DNA from: Marsupella aquatica
Lineage: Eukaryota; Plantae; Marchantiophyta
DNA: 64,000 nt
Assembly: GCA_973895155.1 (NCBI GenBank)
Contig: OZ316897.1
Location: forward strand, 14,135,375-14,199,374
Direction of reading: 5' to 3'
The stretch's first letter is position 1. Each line of letters starts with the position of its first letter. This document shows positions 51,709-64,000 of this stretch, piece by piece. The notes beneath the pieces were generated by a model, which saw only the letters and a program-made list of their open reading frames with translations, did not search any database and had not been told where the DNA came from. The position numbers were made by a program, and so were the translations under genes.

Positions 51709-53076
51709 GTGTTTATTCTAAGTTACTCTTTTTCCAATATTTCTTTGGTTTTCTTTCTTTCGTCCAATTCATTCGCTTCTTGGTTTTCTCGTGATGGCTG
51801 TGTAAGTTGTTTAATTAATGGAAATAGTGAGTACCCATTAGGCACTTGAATGTCCGCCAGCTGGAATCTTACAACAAAGCAAAGAGGGAATGTGTGACGA
51901 GGCGTCCAAGTACAGTACTTCAGTCCTTGGGTAGAGAAATACTGTGCATAACAGCCAAACAAGCTATCAATTTATAAGTACAAGCCCACGAGGGCGGGGA
52001 ATAGTCATTCGTTGTTAGTCATATTCTTATTACCAAGTATTATTCTGAATGGTTATGTCACGTGATCATGATTGAACATGTCGCCCAGCAAGGTAATTTT
52101 AACGGTTTTACTTTTAGCCAAGGTGCCAAATGTCACCTTGTGTGGAAAGAGACGATGCTAAGTATATCATTTATCTAATTTTCTTACAAAATTGCTGACT
52201 GTTAGATCTTTACTAGAGTGGATGAAAAGATGCTATTATTTATCTTATTTTATTAGATTGATTTCTGTGTTAGGTGTCCCTGGATTGGATAACCTACAGA
52301 TTTTACCGAATTAGGACTAGGTGGGAAACTGGGTTAATGCAAGACAAAAAAAACCTGGCAGATGCACATGCAAAGAATATTTAGTGAGGTGGAAATTGCT
52401 TCTTTTTTTTGCCACTAAAAAATGGCTGCCGCCCAGTACTTCCTCGTTTTTGTAGGTCTGTTGTCCAGCTCTAAACAATTGCTGTTGAGTGCTGGCTATC
52501 ACTTCCTCTGAGGTTGATAGATGCCAAAGGTCATTTTAAGTTAGCCGGATTATATTTTGGGTGAGCTTATATTGTCAAATTAAAGAAACACAGGGTAAAC
52601 GAGGGAGGCCCAAACTCATATATGTAGCCATTGTCAAAAGCAACAACAACCAGCCCAAGGAAACGGGTGCTGTAGGGAGGTGAACCTAGCAGAGATGCAC
52701 TGCATCACGGTTTTTTTTTGTTTTTTAAACCCATGCATTATATGTACAGTACATACTTATACAGGGCAATAAAGATACACCAATAATGTTTGGACCACTA
52801 TTGTTTCTGTGAAGAAAGGATGTTAGAAGACCTCTATGCTATAAACGTCTCTTTTGAGTGCCATCATTGGACCTGCCATATGTCATAGTATACAAGATGA
52901 AATGAAACTCACCAATGGGTACATTATGCCAAAGTCAGGGTCAATCATGCAATCCAGATCCTGCCACATATATCCATGCTAGTATAGTTTTTTCATAAAG
53001 TATCCAAGATCAAATTATTCACAAATTAGGTTCAAACATGGTCTCTACAAAACTGCTCAACAAGTTGTCTGTGTAG

Positions 53077-53245
53077 TGCAAGAAAAGGCTTAACAGGAGC
53101 CCTCTGGTATCTCCTGGACTTAACCAGACCCTTGTGAGTAAGATGCCATCAAGACCTGGACAAGATGGGCAGTCTCTTCATGGCATCTTGTTGGACTGTT
53201 AAGTCCAGGAGATGCCGGAGGGGTCCTGTTAAGTCTTTTCTTGCA
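53077..53245. mobile_element. MITE-like hairpin with ~48-bp terminal arms
   Basis: TGCAAGAAAAGGCTTAACAGGAGCCCTCTGGTATCTCCTGGACTTAAC pairs with GTTAAGTCCAGGAGATGCCGGAGGGGTCCTGTTAAGTCTTTTCTTGCA; inner stem AAGATGCCAT/ATGGCATCTT. Confidence 0.8.
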
Positions 53246-53446
53246 TGGAGTGCATCTACTTGCTATAGATTTATGGTTTTGGTTTATACTTCAATAGTAC
53301 AAAGTGCCAACTCTGTAGGACATCCCCCCGGTGAGGCCCCAAGAGATCAACTGCCAATGCCTAGAGTTTGTTCCCTTCATCTAACTTTAAGCAAATATCA
53401 GAGAGTGAAGAACATAATCTTGAATTCACTATCTAGTGTTTGTTAA

Positions 53447-53667
53447 GGCCCTGTCCCATGTGCACCTACTGCTCCTTCCTGCCCCTGATCATCAGAATAA
53501 ATCACAGTTAACAACAATGTGGAAGGTTACCTCCTCCCTTAGCTATTCAGAAAATGCTGAACGAGAGCCCTGCCCCATGTGCACCTAGTGCCCCATCCTG
53601 CCCCTCATCATCAGAACAAAACACAGGTAACAACAATGTAGAAGCTGACCTCCTCCTGGAGCTATTT
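53447..53667. repeat. Tandem duplication, ~119 bp
   Basis: GCCCTG.CCCATGTGCACCTA.TGC....TCCTGCCCCT.ATCATCAGAA...TAACAACAATGT.GAAG occurs twice. Confidence 0.85.
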
Positions 53668-54304
53668 GGGGGTGGCTGAACAAGCCATTAGAAGACCCTA
53701 AACTGCCACTGTCTGTTTTCAAAACTTGGTGAACCCAGGTCACCATAAACAGTCAATAATATTCTTCACAAAGTACTAAATGTGCAACAAGCGACTATTT
53801 TGTCACTTTGGGGACTACTGCCGGCCCCATTCCATGTTTAGTCACCCATCATGCCATGGGCACCAGGCAGAGGAAGAAGAGGTGGGCTGTGCATATTTTC
53901 AGCTCCAGCTTCAGACTATCTTGTTTTGACAGTTTTTCAAGGTCCTGGGTCATTGTCAAGAAAATAGGGATTTATTTGTGTGAGGACATAGATAGGGCCC
54001 TTTTGGAATCAAATCTGCATCCATGCCTTCAGTTCACCTTTCCATTCAAAAGAGCTTCTACTTGAGGGCAAAGGTCTGGTAAGAGAATGTACTCAAATTT
54101 GCAAACTAAAGCCTTAGAAACAATTACTCTCATTCGGGTAATGTGGGTAATGTGGATGGTAAGCAATCAAGAACTCCCTGTAACTGGAAACATACATGAT
54201 AGACTAATTGAGATGATGATTAATTAGTAGCTGCCTTAGCATATTCATTGCACCTTGATTTAAATTTAGAGCAAAGGATTCAATTGGTCATTGTCGGAAC
54301 AAGA

Positions 54305-55525
54305 GCCCTCCTCTGGCCACACAGCCAAGGATCGGTGGATCGAGAGGCCATCGAGTCCCCTGCCGGTAATCACACATCCAAATGTGTTAACATACTGTGT
54401 GCACTCATTGATTAAAGAAAATAACGAGATTTATCATGATATAGATGAGGGATGTTGTACACCTTATATTTCATATTTTGATGTCCTCTGGCGACATAGC
54501 CAAGGATAGGTGTGATCAAGAGGCCATCAACTCCCTTGCCAGTAAGCACACGCACACATCAAAAAGTGTTAACATACGGTGTGCATTCATTGATTAAAAA
54601 AAATAACGAGGTTTATCATGGTATAAAGGGATGTCGTGCACCGTATATGTTGCATTCATTGATTAAAGAAGATAACAAGGTTTATCATGGTATAAAGGGA
54701 TGTCGTGCACCATATATGTCATATTTCGTATATGTTACATTCATTGATTAAAGAAAATAACATTAAAGAAGATAACGAGGTTTATCATGGTATAAAGGGA
54801 TGTCTTGCACCATATATGTCATATTTCGTATATGTTACATTCATTGATTAAAAAAAATAACAAGGTTTATCATGGTATAAAGGGATGTCGTGCTCCGTAT
54901 ATGTCATATTTCAATTTCAATGTGCAGGTGCCAGGAGCCTATCAAGTCTCGGTTGTCCTAGATCTGACTATGTCATATTTCAATTTCAATGTGCAGGTGC
55001 CAGGAGCCTATCAAGTCTCGGTTGTCCTAGATCTGACTATGTCCTAGATCTGACTATGTCATATTTCAATTTCAATGTGCAGGTGCCAGGAGCCTATCAA
55101 GTCTCGGTTGTCCTAGATCTGACTATAGCCAGATAAACCCTCCGTATATGTCATATTTCAATTTCAATGTGCAGGTGCCAGGAGTCTATCAAGTCTCCGT
55201 TGTCCTAGATCTGACTATAGCCAGATAAACCCCCTGTAGATAATCACACATCAAAATGTGATAATATACAATGTGCACTCACTAATTTAAACCCTTGTTG
55301 ATAATCACTAATCACACATCAAAATGTGATAATATATAATGTGCACTCACTAATTTAAGCCTTGTCGATAATCACACATCAAAATGTGATAATATATTAG
55401 ATGCACTCACTGATTTAAAGAGACAAAGAATGTTTACACATCAAAATGTGGTAATATATTAGATGCACTCACTGATTTAAAGAGACAAAGGATGTTTATC
55501 ATGGTATGGTGCAACACCATATATG
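54305..55525. repeat. Compound minisatellite block
   Basis: Unit A CATTCATTGATTAAA..AATAAC.AGGTTTATCATGGTATAAAGGGATGTC (4 close plus 2 diverged copies); unit B, 69 bp, TATGTCATATTTCAATTTCAATGTGCAGGTGCCAGGAGCCTATCAAGTCTCGGTTGTCCTAGATCTGAC x4; unit C CACATCAAAATGTGATAATATA..ATG(T)GCACTCACT x4. Confidence 0.92.
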
Positions 55526-55613
55526 TGTAGATACCGGACCCAGAGAAGCCTACATTGGGTGACGAGATTCTGAACCAACAGTTCACAATGCCAGACGTTA
55601 GCAGTAGCTAAGC

Positions 55614-55741
55614 AGATCCTCTGAATGACTTTGCATTTTCTCACTAGGTCGATCACACTTTCAATCTAGGTAGCCTTGACAGATCCTCTGAATGACTTTG
55701 CATTTTCTCACTAGGTCGATCACACTTTCAATCTAGGTAGC
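55614..55741. repeat. Near-perfect 67-bp tandem duplication
   Basis: AGATCCTCTGAATGACTTTGCATTTTCTCACTAGGTCGATCACACTTTCAATCTAGGTAGC occurs twice. Confidence 0.9.
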
Positions 55742-56044
55742 TGACCAGCAGTGCACCTTGCGCCTCTTGTTCCAATGCTCAGTTTCATTTTAAATTTTCT
55801 TGAAGTGTGGGGGTAGAAGTGTATGGCCACATTCATGTGGACGCACACTGCTTGAACATATCCTTTCAATCGGATTGGGAATCCAACCTCCTTCAGAAAC
55901 CCATCGCTTAAAGTATCACACAATAGCAACGTTATGCACCCGACTCAATCGGTGATGTGTAGATTGATCACGTAAAACGATGACCTTACCTCCACTGTAT
56001 ACCAAACTCACTCCAAGGATTGGGTTTATCAAGATTCCCACATA

Positions 56045-56183
56045 TCACTCTTTGTCGCGAAGAATAGAGACTATAACCTGAGAGCAAAACCCTAATAGGT
56101 GCAAAATAGTTCCCATGTCACTCTTTGTCGCGAAGAATAGAAACTTAAACCTGAGACCAAAACCCTAATAGGTGCAAAATAGA
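56045..56183. repeat. Tandem duplication, ~72 bp, each unit with an AAACCCTA telobox
   Basis: TCACTCTTTGTCGCGAAGAATAGA.ACT..AACCTGAGA.CAAAACCCTAATAGGTGCAAAATAG occurs twice. Confidence 0.85.
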
Positions 56184-57733
56184 TCCAAGAACTCAAACGG
56201 AATTGTGGTAATTCAATCATGACCTTCACACAGTAATTCAATCATGACCTTCACACATATGGTGTCCTGGCCTGCCAGCCATTGACTCCTTCTGCCAGGA
56301 ATGAAGGTAGGCAGGCAATTTTGGCAGAAAAAGGTCTGTACCAAGGATTACTGGAGTCAGAGGAACATTGGCAGCATCTGTAATCAGCAACATCCACTAG
56401 CCTCCAACCCAGGATGGCCAACAAGTACCCACCTGTGCTCCCTGCCTCCGGGACATCCTTTCAGTCCTACCATGCCGGACAATCCCCATTTCCTTTACAC
56501 ACTCCTTGTGTGCATTTACCCAAGACATAGTATTTAGTTTGATGACCGAAGTGGCACGAGTATCAATTCCAACATACTCGGCTGGGCGAAGGGTGCGCTA
56601 GGCCCGCGTTAAGTGAGCACATCCTGACGGGATATAACCGACAATTCCCCACAATAGGTCTGCGGCAAACCCACATTGCTACCGAAGTCTTCGAACTAAT
56701 TTCACATTGTGAGTGCGCCTCCCAACTAGAGAAATGTGCTCAGCCTGTTGCTCCCTTATGTTCCATGCCCCAGTTGCATATCGTTTTCACTCGCAAAATG
56801 GACAGATTGACAGTTGCAGTAAGCCGTCCCTCAGATGCCAGCCTAGACGCACACAGCGAAATCAGGAGGACGAATTCCGCTTAGCCCAGTTCGACGTCAT
56901 AACCCCAACGCTGCAAACTGACCATGTTGAGTCTTACCACTTTCGGAATCATGACATCACATTCTTTGACCACACTTTACAACATCTGCAGTGGTCAGAC
57001 GTACTACCCTGAAGAGACGAACTCCATTCCCAGTGTCCTCCATGACGAAAGATCACCAATTCTGCATCAGAAGACCTTGGGGTGCGAGTAGGGATTAGGG
57101 TTTAGACAAATGAGGACAGGTTCTTGAGGCCGGTCATTGCTGATCAGACTCTCATTATTACGTGGCTGCTAGTTTAAGGACCAGGACAGGACAGCAGCCA
57201 TGAAACAAAGAAGCCACTAAATACATTGTAGGTGACCATCGAGTGAAACACTCTTGACTACAACTCAATCGGCTATCGTTCAAGCGAATCTCAAAGCCTT
57301 AGCGGAGCCCATAACGTCCTCCCAGCGCACTTGTGCACCTATTGTACCCAGGAGTTTTCCTTCGTGAAAGTCTCCTTTAAAGTTAGCCTTCCTTCGTAAC
57401 AGGAGAGTGCCGTGCTGCTAAAACTTAGGTTGGTGTGATCATATTACTAAAGAAAGTTCAACAGAGAGCACCAATCCAAGTAGAACCACAACCCGTGCAA
57501 ATAATATTTTATTTAAACTTTCTGAGCATCAAGAGTGAAGAGAATATTGTCAAGCACCCTATTTCTAATACCACCCAGTGCAAAAATGGTTGAATCCCTC
57601 AGGAAATCAGTACACTAGAATTCCCAAGAGGTACCAAGGTAATTGCGATGTTGTTGCATGACATCCAATGGTGCAGGGACTTTTCTAAAGTCATCACCAT
57701 TGCATCTGCGCTCCAAACACGGTGGACCACCAT

Positions 57734-59848
57734 TTCTGCAAAACATGCGAATTAAGCAAAATGTTAGAAATCATGCTAGCAACAAAACTTTGGAGTACAT
57801 CCGTACGGACGCTATGAGCTTTTTATTTGTCTCGAGGGACAGCGCTGACTTGGAAATCTTACGTTCATTTTCTTGTCCACAAATATTATCAAGAGCAAGC
57901 GCAAAGATTTATAACCGGTAAGTAACTATACCAACATACAACCTTAATATTCTAGCGACAATTCTACATGGCCTTTTCAATCCGAGCTACTAGGGTGTAG
58001 GTCCAGTATCTTACAAATCTTGTTGAAAGCAACAATGTCACAACTCTGGATGTGCTCATTGCGGGGTTCAGCCGTCAAGTAGTCCTCGATGATGTTGTCC
58101 GGGGAAACAAGATCATCGATAATAGTCATCATGATCTGCAACTTCTTGATACCATATCCAACTTCCACAAATTTCGCTGCAGGTATAGAACATGCATGCA
58201 ATAGTCAAGCTAATTTCCAGCAAAAGCTCATTGCAATCTGTCGATAGTAAGCATTCTTAATCAAAGTTTGGTCAGCACAATGTGAAAGCAGCGAAGATTA
58301 GTGTATAAATAAAAGACAAAGTTACTAGAGGCCATTAAGATAAGCGACTTACAGGCTCCCCAAGTGAGGCCCTCTTGTTCCACAGATCGTACTGCTTTCT
58401 CAAGCTCTTTCATGTCTGTCTCGTCATCCCAAGGCTTGACGTCCATAAGAACAGATGATTTCCCCACTGCAGTGACAGACCAACCAAGCATGGGTGACGA
58501 ATCCTCAATTACCCCCCCCCCCCCCCCCCCCCATTTCGTGGTTGTGGATAAACTCGACAAATCCACAGATTCAGGGACACGGTGGTACCAAGGACGAGAC
58601 AAGGAAAGATACAAGACGCGTGAAGAGAGGATATCCCTCTGGAACATTAACGTCCACTTGGGTTACGAGGAACCACAATGTCATAACAATTCGCTCGTGA
58701 TGACACTTACCTACAGCCTTCTTTCCTGAAGCCTTCTTATCGGCTTCACGCTTAGCTGAGGCTGCCTTCTCTTCTTCTGTCTCCTCACCGAACATGTCAA
58801 GGTCATCGTCATCGTCCTCTTCCTGTGATAACACAACCGTGGTCAGAATTAGTCAAGCAAGTACGACATGGCAAACCAACTGAAGTGTCGTACCACCCAA
58901 TTTCAATTGTGAGGAACGATATTTAAATTCATTACATATCCAACTTCCGTCTTCACGAATTTGTACCTCTGCAGCAGGGGCGGCAGCGGTTGTAACAGGT
59001 GCGGCTTCGGGCGTTGGGGGAGCAGGTGCGGGGGTGAAGTCCCTGGTGGCAGATGAAGCCGGTGATCCGGCAACCTTCACTCCAGCGGAGATTCCGGGGA
59101 AGCTGCAAAAGTGCAAGAGAAAATCAAAAAGAGAACGAGATTGACAAGTCGGGTGCCAGCCAATGTCCACAGCTGCAGTGACCGAGAGGCAAAAGAAATT
59201 CACTCAATCTTGCAATCTTATTTAGAGTGCCTGCCATGGTTGACACCATCAAATGCCATCCACATTAAATCTTCGACCACCGTCTTTACCATTCAAATCT
59301 AAGTAAAACACCTAGAACTCATACTCAATAACATATCGTACGTCATATGGCGGAAGGTTCAGAACTGTTAAAATCTACAGAAACGGAGTATTGTGTCAGA
59401 ATACGTACCTTGGACCGAGCAGCGAGGTGATATGAGAGTACCACCGAGCAACGTTCCCGTACTTGGCGTCGGGAGGTGAGGTGATGGCAGTGTACACAAC
59501 CAAGTCATCTCGGGAGGCTTGGTATCTGGAAAGTTTCAAAGGTAAAAATAGAGCAAAATCAATTCACTGGAAGGCAAATCAGAAGACATCCTAACGCATT
59601 TAGAACAAAAACCTCTTCAATGTGGACGCATTCGACCTTCTTGAAAGGTGGCGCAAACAGAATGCTTCAAGAAACCCTACTCGAAAATGTTGGCATCTCC
59701 TAATACACTGCCGCACTCTTGAGTCTGATTTGCAAAGCATCCCAAAACTAACCAATACATACCCAGAGATGTAGCTGCGAGTGAGCAAGTACGCATTCAA
59801 CTTCTCTAGTCCTTCAGCTGTGGAGACGGGTCCCAACTCGACGGCCAT
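57734..59848 (-). CDS. EF1B: Translation elongation factor 1B beta/delta subunit (242 aa, 7 coding exons)
   Basis: Exons 59848-59763, 59525-59409, 59102-58967, 58822-58711, 58466-58353, 58176-58015, 57735-57734 (stop T|AA split by the last intron, acceptor inferred). Motifs [68 protein letters not shown]. Confidence 0.95.
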
Positions 59849-60591
59849 GGCTCCAAATTACTGTCCAGAGTACGAATTCCAAAAGTTAGCACGGAAGTAA
59901 CTCTAACCGGAGATAAACCTAGACCAGAAAAGAGAACATGTGCATTCTCACACCAAGTGATGCCGAAAGTGGAGATTCGACCAGCAACCGGCACTAATCC
60001 GGGGTGAAAAACGCCCTCTGCGGACTGACATCGATCCGCACTGTCCTTCAAAAGCGAGAAAAAAAAAACTCACACAGAGGTTAGACGGGATGTGTGCATA
60101 CCAGCAAGGCCGCAAACAGAGATTTCGTGGAGATCGATCACAAGCACGAGCCACGCTGGAAGGAAATCGACAACCTCAGAAACGAAGAGTCTGCAGCTTT
60201 GCACGAAGAAAGTGATTTCGACAGTGGAGAACCCGTTTGGTACTCTTTCTCAAGGTAGGGTTCACTGTGCGCATGACTTGCTCGGTACCCATCCAGCTAC
60301 CGTTGGATTCGCTGCATCTGACTGTATTGGTACCCGTAGATTTTAGGGCACGCATTGATTATCGGCTCCGTCCAGCCAGTTTTTTTGTGGGCGAAAAATT
60401 AGCCAAAAAATACCTAGAAAAGGGGCTGGATAATGGATAATGATACTTAGGCTAAGTTGTGGAATAAATGGTAGCCATTCTGCACAGATGGATCAAGGGT
60501 TGATATCATTTGCCAACAAGCCCTAGGCAAGATAAGGGTGTTAGCCTGTTCATTACTATGCAGTGTACATAATTGCTAGTTGTTGATATAG

Positions 60592-61139
60592 CATATAGCA
60601 TGCTCATCCTGGAACATGCTTTACTTTTTGTCTGGTAATGATATTAAGTGGACAAAATTAGAGAGTAAGACTAGAATACATTTTAAATGTGAATGAGATC
60701 AAATAATATAAATAAAGCACATGCAATAAAAGCACATAGTGACCAATGGAAAGTACAATTAAATTTTATGACACAAAGATGCTGCTAGTTGTGCACTTAT
60801 TTCAATGTGTCTTATTGATGACTCTCATTTCAATTAAAACATAAACTTAGGAAAGAAAACCACAAGGGGAGCTTAAGACAGGATGTGCTGACATTATTTA
60901 GAATCATTCCTCTCACTCAGGAGTATACTTAAAAGCTGTAGAAAATGAAGCCCTTAGTTTCTCCCTATGACTTAACAAAGTTTAAAAACTAAGGGGCTGC
61001 CAAAATAAATTCAAAATACTATAAGATACCAAAAATTTAAAGGGGTCCAAAAATGAATTAAAAGTCTATGTGATACAAAGAATGCCCCTTGTTAAGGTAC
61101 ATTCAAATAAAAATTGAGAGTTGGATTCACCATATAGCA
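60592..61139 (-). mobile_element. Non-autonomous element with terminal hairpin, copy 3, upstream of EF1B
   Basis: Minus strand starts TGCTATATGGTGAATCCAACT and ends AGCATGTTCCAGGATGAGCATGCTATATG. Confidence 0.8.
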
Positions 61140-64000
61140 GTGTCAAAAAATTGACAATGAGCTAGCGGAGTTTTCCCAAGAATGAGCTAATGGAGCCAAG
61201 AAGTTTCCCAAGATGAGCTAGTGGAACTGTCAAGGTTACCATTCTCCACTTGATGAGTGCACTGCTAAACTTTGGGATTATCCAGTGAACTTGCTCTCAA
61301 CCAGAGACTATTAGCCAGTTGGCTGCAACCCAAAGCAAATGCAGTCTCCAACTTTCCTTACTCCATAGGCCAGCAGGGAGCCACTTTGGCTAATTTTTTA
61401 AATACTGAAAAAAAGGGCTGGCTCTGTCCCATTCATCAGTCGGCTCCCCCTTTGGCCAGCATTATTATGGGTCTTAATCAATGCCCGTTGCATACTATTG
61501 TCAATATTGTGGATAGCATGTGATATTAACGGAAGGGTAGTCGAGCATATTAAAGTGAAATGACCAGCAAGTCGGAAGTTGCAGGGAGTCAGTGAGTCGG
61601 CTTGGTGACTCAATGTGAAGGAGTGTGCGAGTTGTAGGGAGTGGCAAGTTGGGCGTAGAAAAGAACGAAAAAGTGGGATTTGGATATAATAATGATTAGA
61701 TTAGATACGGGATGTTCTTAAAAGATTTCAAAGTTGATGGTTGGGATCACAATACTTAATGTCATGATTGAAAAAAGAGAGATTTTCTTTTTAAGGCATT
61801 TACGAGTAAAAAATAAATTGAGCAGTGGTTATCATAGACTGTGTCGTCAACCATGCCCTCATGCACTGCATTTCATGGCTGGCCATCTAGTCCACAAGTA
61901 CTATTCCAATTTTCTTCGGAAATATACAAAAGTTGCCATTTGCATAAGTCCATCTTGATTCTCACTAAATGACAAATATCTAACTTTCTTCCGTGTCTAA
62001 GACTACAAATGCATGTATATATTACAACTGAATATAGTAACCAAGATGCTTTGATTGATGAGAACTTGCAACAATTACATAGACTACTTACTAGCACTTC
62101 TTAATAAGAGCACACTACAATCACATAGAGTGACTTACAAACACTTATCTGTTTCCAAAGGGTATGTGTGTGGGTTTAGGGTAGAGGGACTTCAGTGTGG
62201 GACCTGAAACCAGATTCAATGAGGTTTACACAAGAGAATGTGAAGCATGTCTATTGATTCACTGCTGCCTTTGAATCTGTCACAGTCAAAAACATGCACT
62301 TATTCCAGAATATCATGTTTCACTTCTTTCAAACTGCAGTTCAATCAGAATTCAGTTATCTCATATAAATGGATGAATGATGCATGTATATGTGAGCACA
62401 TAACCTGAAGTACATAATCAAAAGTTCTTGCACTTATACCGTAGTGCATGCTGTGGATAAGTGCTGGCTGAGGGTGTCTTCTGGGAGCCTGCACTTTGAC
62501 ACGGTAGTACAATCCTCTTGTCCAATATTGTAAGTTACACTTACACAAGTTAGAGTTTCTTCTTTCACAATAAAAGAATTGAGCCTGCACTATGATGCTT
62601 GGATGTACTACAACTTTTGATCTCAAGACTTAGGACCTGAGATTGGATCAAGCATTTGGTGGCACCAGAAAGGTAAGCATTTATACAAAGAAAGGTGTTA
62701 ACTCAATAGAAAGTAATGTTTCAAAGCAGGCCACGCGGGTTGCAATGGAATATGTAAGCATGCTGTCAAACATTATAGCTACATGGGAGATTCACTTTCA
62801 AGGAACTGGTGCACCAAGAGAGATAAGCTCAATACGAGCAGAACCCAAGCGACCCATGAGCAACCCAAGTGACCAGAATTAGCAGTGACCCATAGACTAA
62901 AGGTGAGAACCAGATAGCACCCTAGTTTTTGTCCAAAAAACCAAGCCTGAACACCTGTGTGTTCGCAAAGGAAGGGTCTGCTCTTGGATAAATGAATGAA
63001 TTATCAATGTCTTCTTGTACACTCACCAGCGAGTTGAACATAGTTGCTACTATAAACCCATTGGAATGCCAAACACTCTATCCTTGGCATACAAGTGGAA
63101 ATGTGGTGAAATAACTGAGTCGTGATGGTTAAAAATGCTATTACCCTAAGAGAGCATTGTGACTAAAATATGAAACTGAGATGTGTTAGCTTGCCATGGA
63201 TTAAGCAAAAATCGCTGGTTTGTCATTATGTATGGTTTAATTATAAAAAAAAGTAATGGTTTTAACCCTTTAAATTGCGTGAAATCTGCACTAACAAAAC
63301 ATGTTTGCCCACTCTTACATTCAACCATGTCTGCACAGGACAGATAATGGGGGCACTTGGGGACGAGTTTTGGGGGGTCACATTGGTTGGGGTTGGTACG
63401 GTGGTACCCTATCTTGATTTTGATTGAGAAGTTATACTCTGTCCTACTCTAATTCAAATCGAATTAAATGTGAAGACGACCACTCCATCCCTCATGGCCA
63501 ATCCCAAAGTCGGTTTGCATGAAAGAGCTCTCTTGTTATTTGAGAAATAAAATGTCGTGTCAGACATGCACACGAGGCCTTGCGTAATTGATGAATTTGT
63601 GTGGATCCCAAGCTTGTTTTTATAGTACTCCAATGGGATTTCATTTTATGGTTACTCATGAGGATGCAATGTCCTATCCTCTTACAGTCCTTGACGTAGT
63701 AAGATACAGGTAGATTGTTTAACTTGATAATGAGGAGATTTTCGTGAATGAGGAAAAGACTGCCATTTCTTAAGGGTGAGTGGCGTTGATCTCAAAGGAG
63801 TGGAGACATTACAAAATATGCTAGGATATGGCGTATTGGTGTTAATTTGTCTTCCATTTACCATCAGTGCTCTAGCAGACATTGAGTTCACGTAAGATAT
63901 GTACTGTCGCCACTGATCTAAACAGGATAATTGTGCAAAAACATTCGTCTTACTGCATAAGAAATAGGTGCATCCTGGTAAGGACTGTCAACTGAGGATA

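Noticed and set aside
56538-56630. TGATGA...CTGA, a possible C/D box snoRNA
   Set aside because: Imperfect C box, no terminal stem and no rRNA complementarity that I could recognise.
57090-57107. CTAAACCCTAA on the minus strand, resembling a plant telomerase RNA template
   Set aside because: No USE/TATA Pol III promoter upstream and no recognisable conserved TR elements; more likely an isolated telobox.

Overview
Eukaryotic nuclear DNA from a land plant; gene style, short introns and TE content suggest a non-seed plant such as a bryophyte, but the taxon cannot be fixed from sequence alone. Four host genes can be reconstructed: a single-exon organellar YebC/PmpR/TACO1-family gene (-), a 9-exon plastid triosephosphate isomerase (-) with one GC-AG intron, a single-exon GT34 xyloglucan xylosyltransferase (+), and a 7-exon elongation factor 1B beta/delta gene (-). 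Mobile DNA includes a 5'-truncated CRE-clade (RT plus restriction-like endonuclease) non-LTR retrotransposon, a full-length but decayed Ty1/copia element with LTRs, PBS, PPT and TSD, two solo LTRs with TSDs, a tRNA-derived SINE, MITE-like hairpins, a 1.3 kb foldback and many tandem duplications. The most notable unexplained structure is a three-copy 550-600 bp non-coding family with a compensated terminal hairpin and copy-specific terminal direct microhomologies, resembling rolling-circle (Replitron/Helitron-like) elements. Other leads are a candidate alternative ATG exon that would give a cytosolic TPI, and a plastid TPI retaining only one cysteine. All alignments and counts were done by eye.
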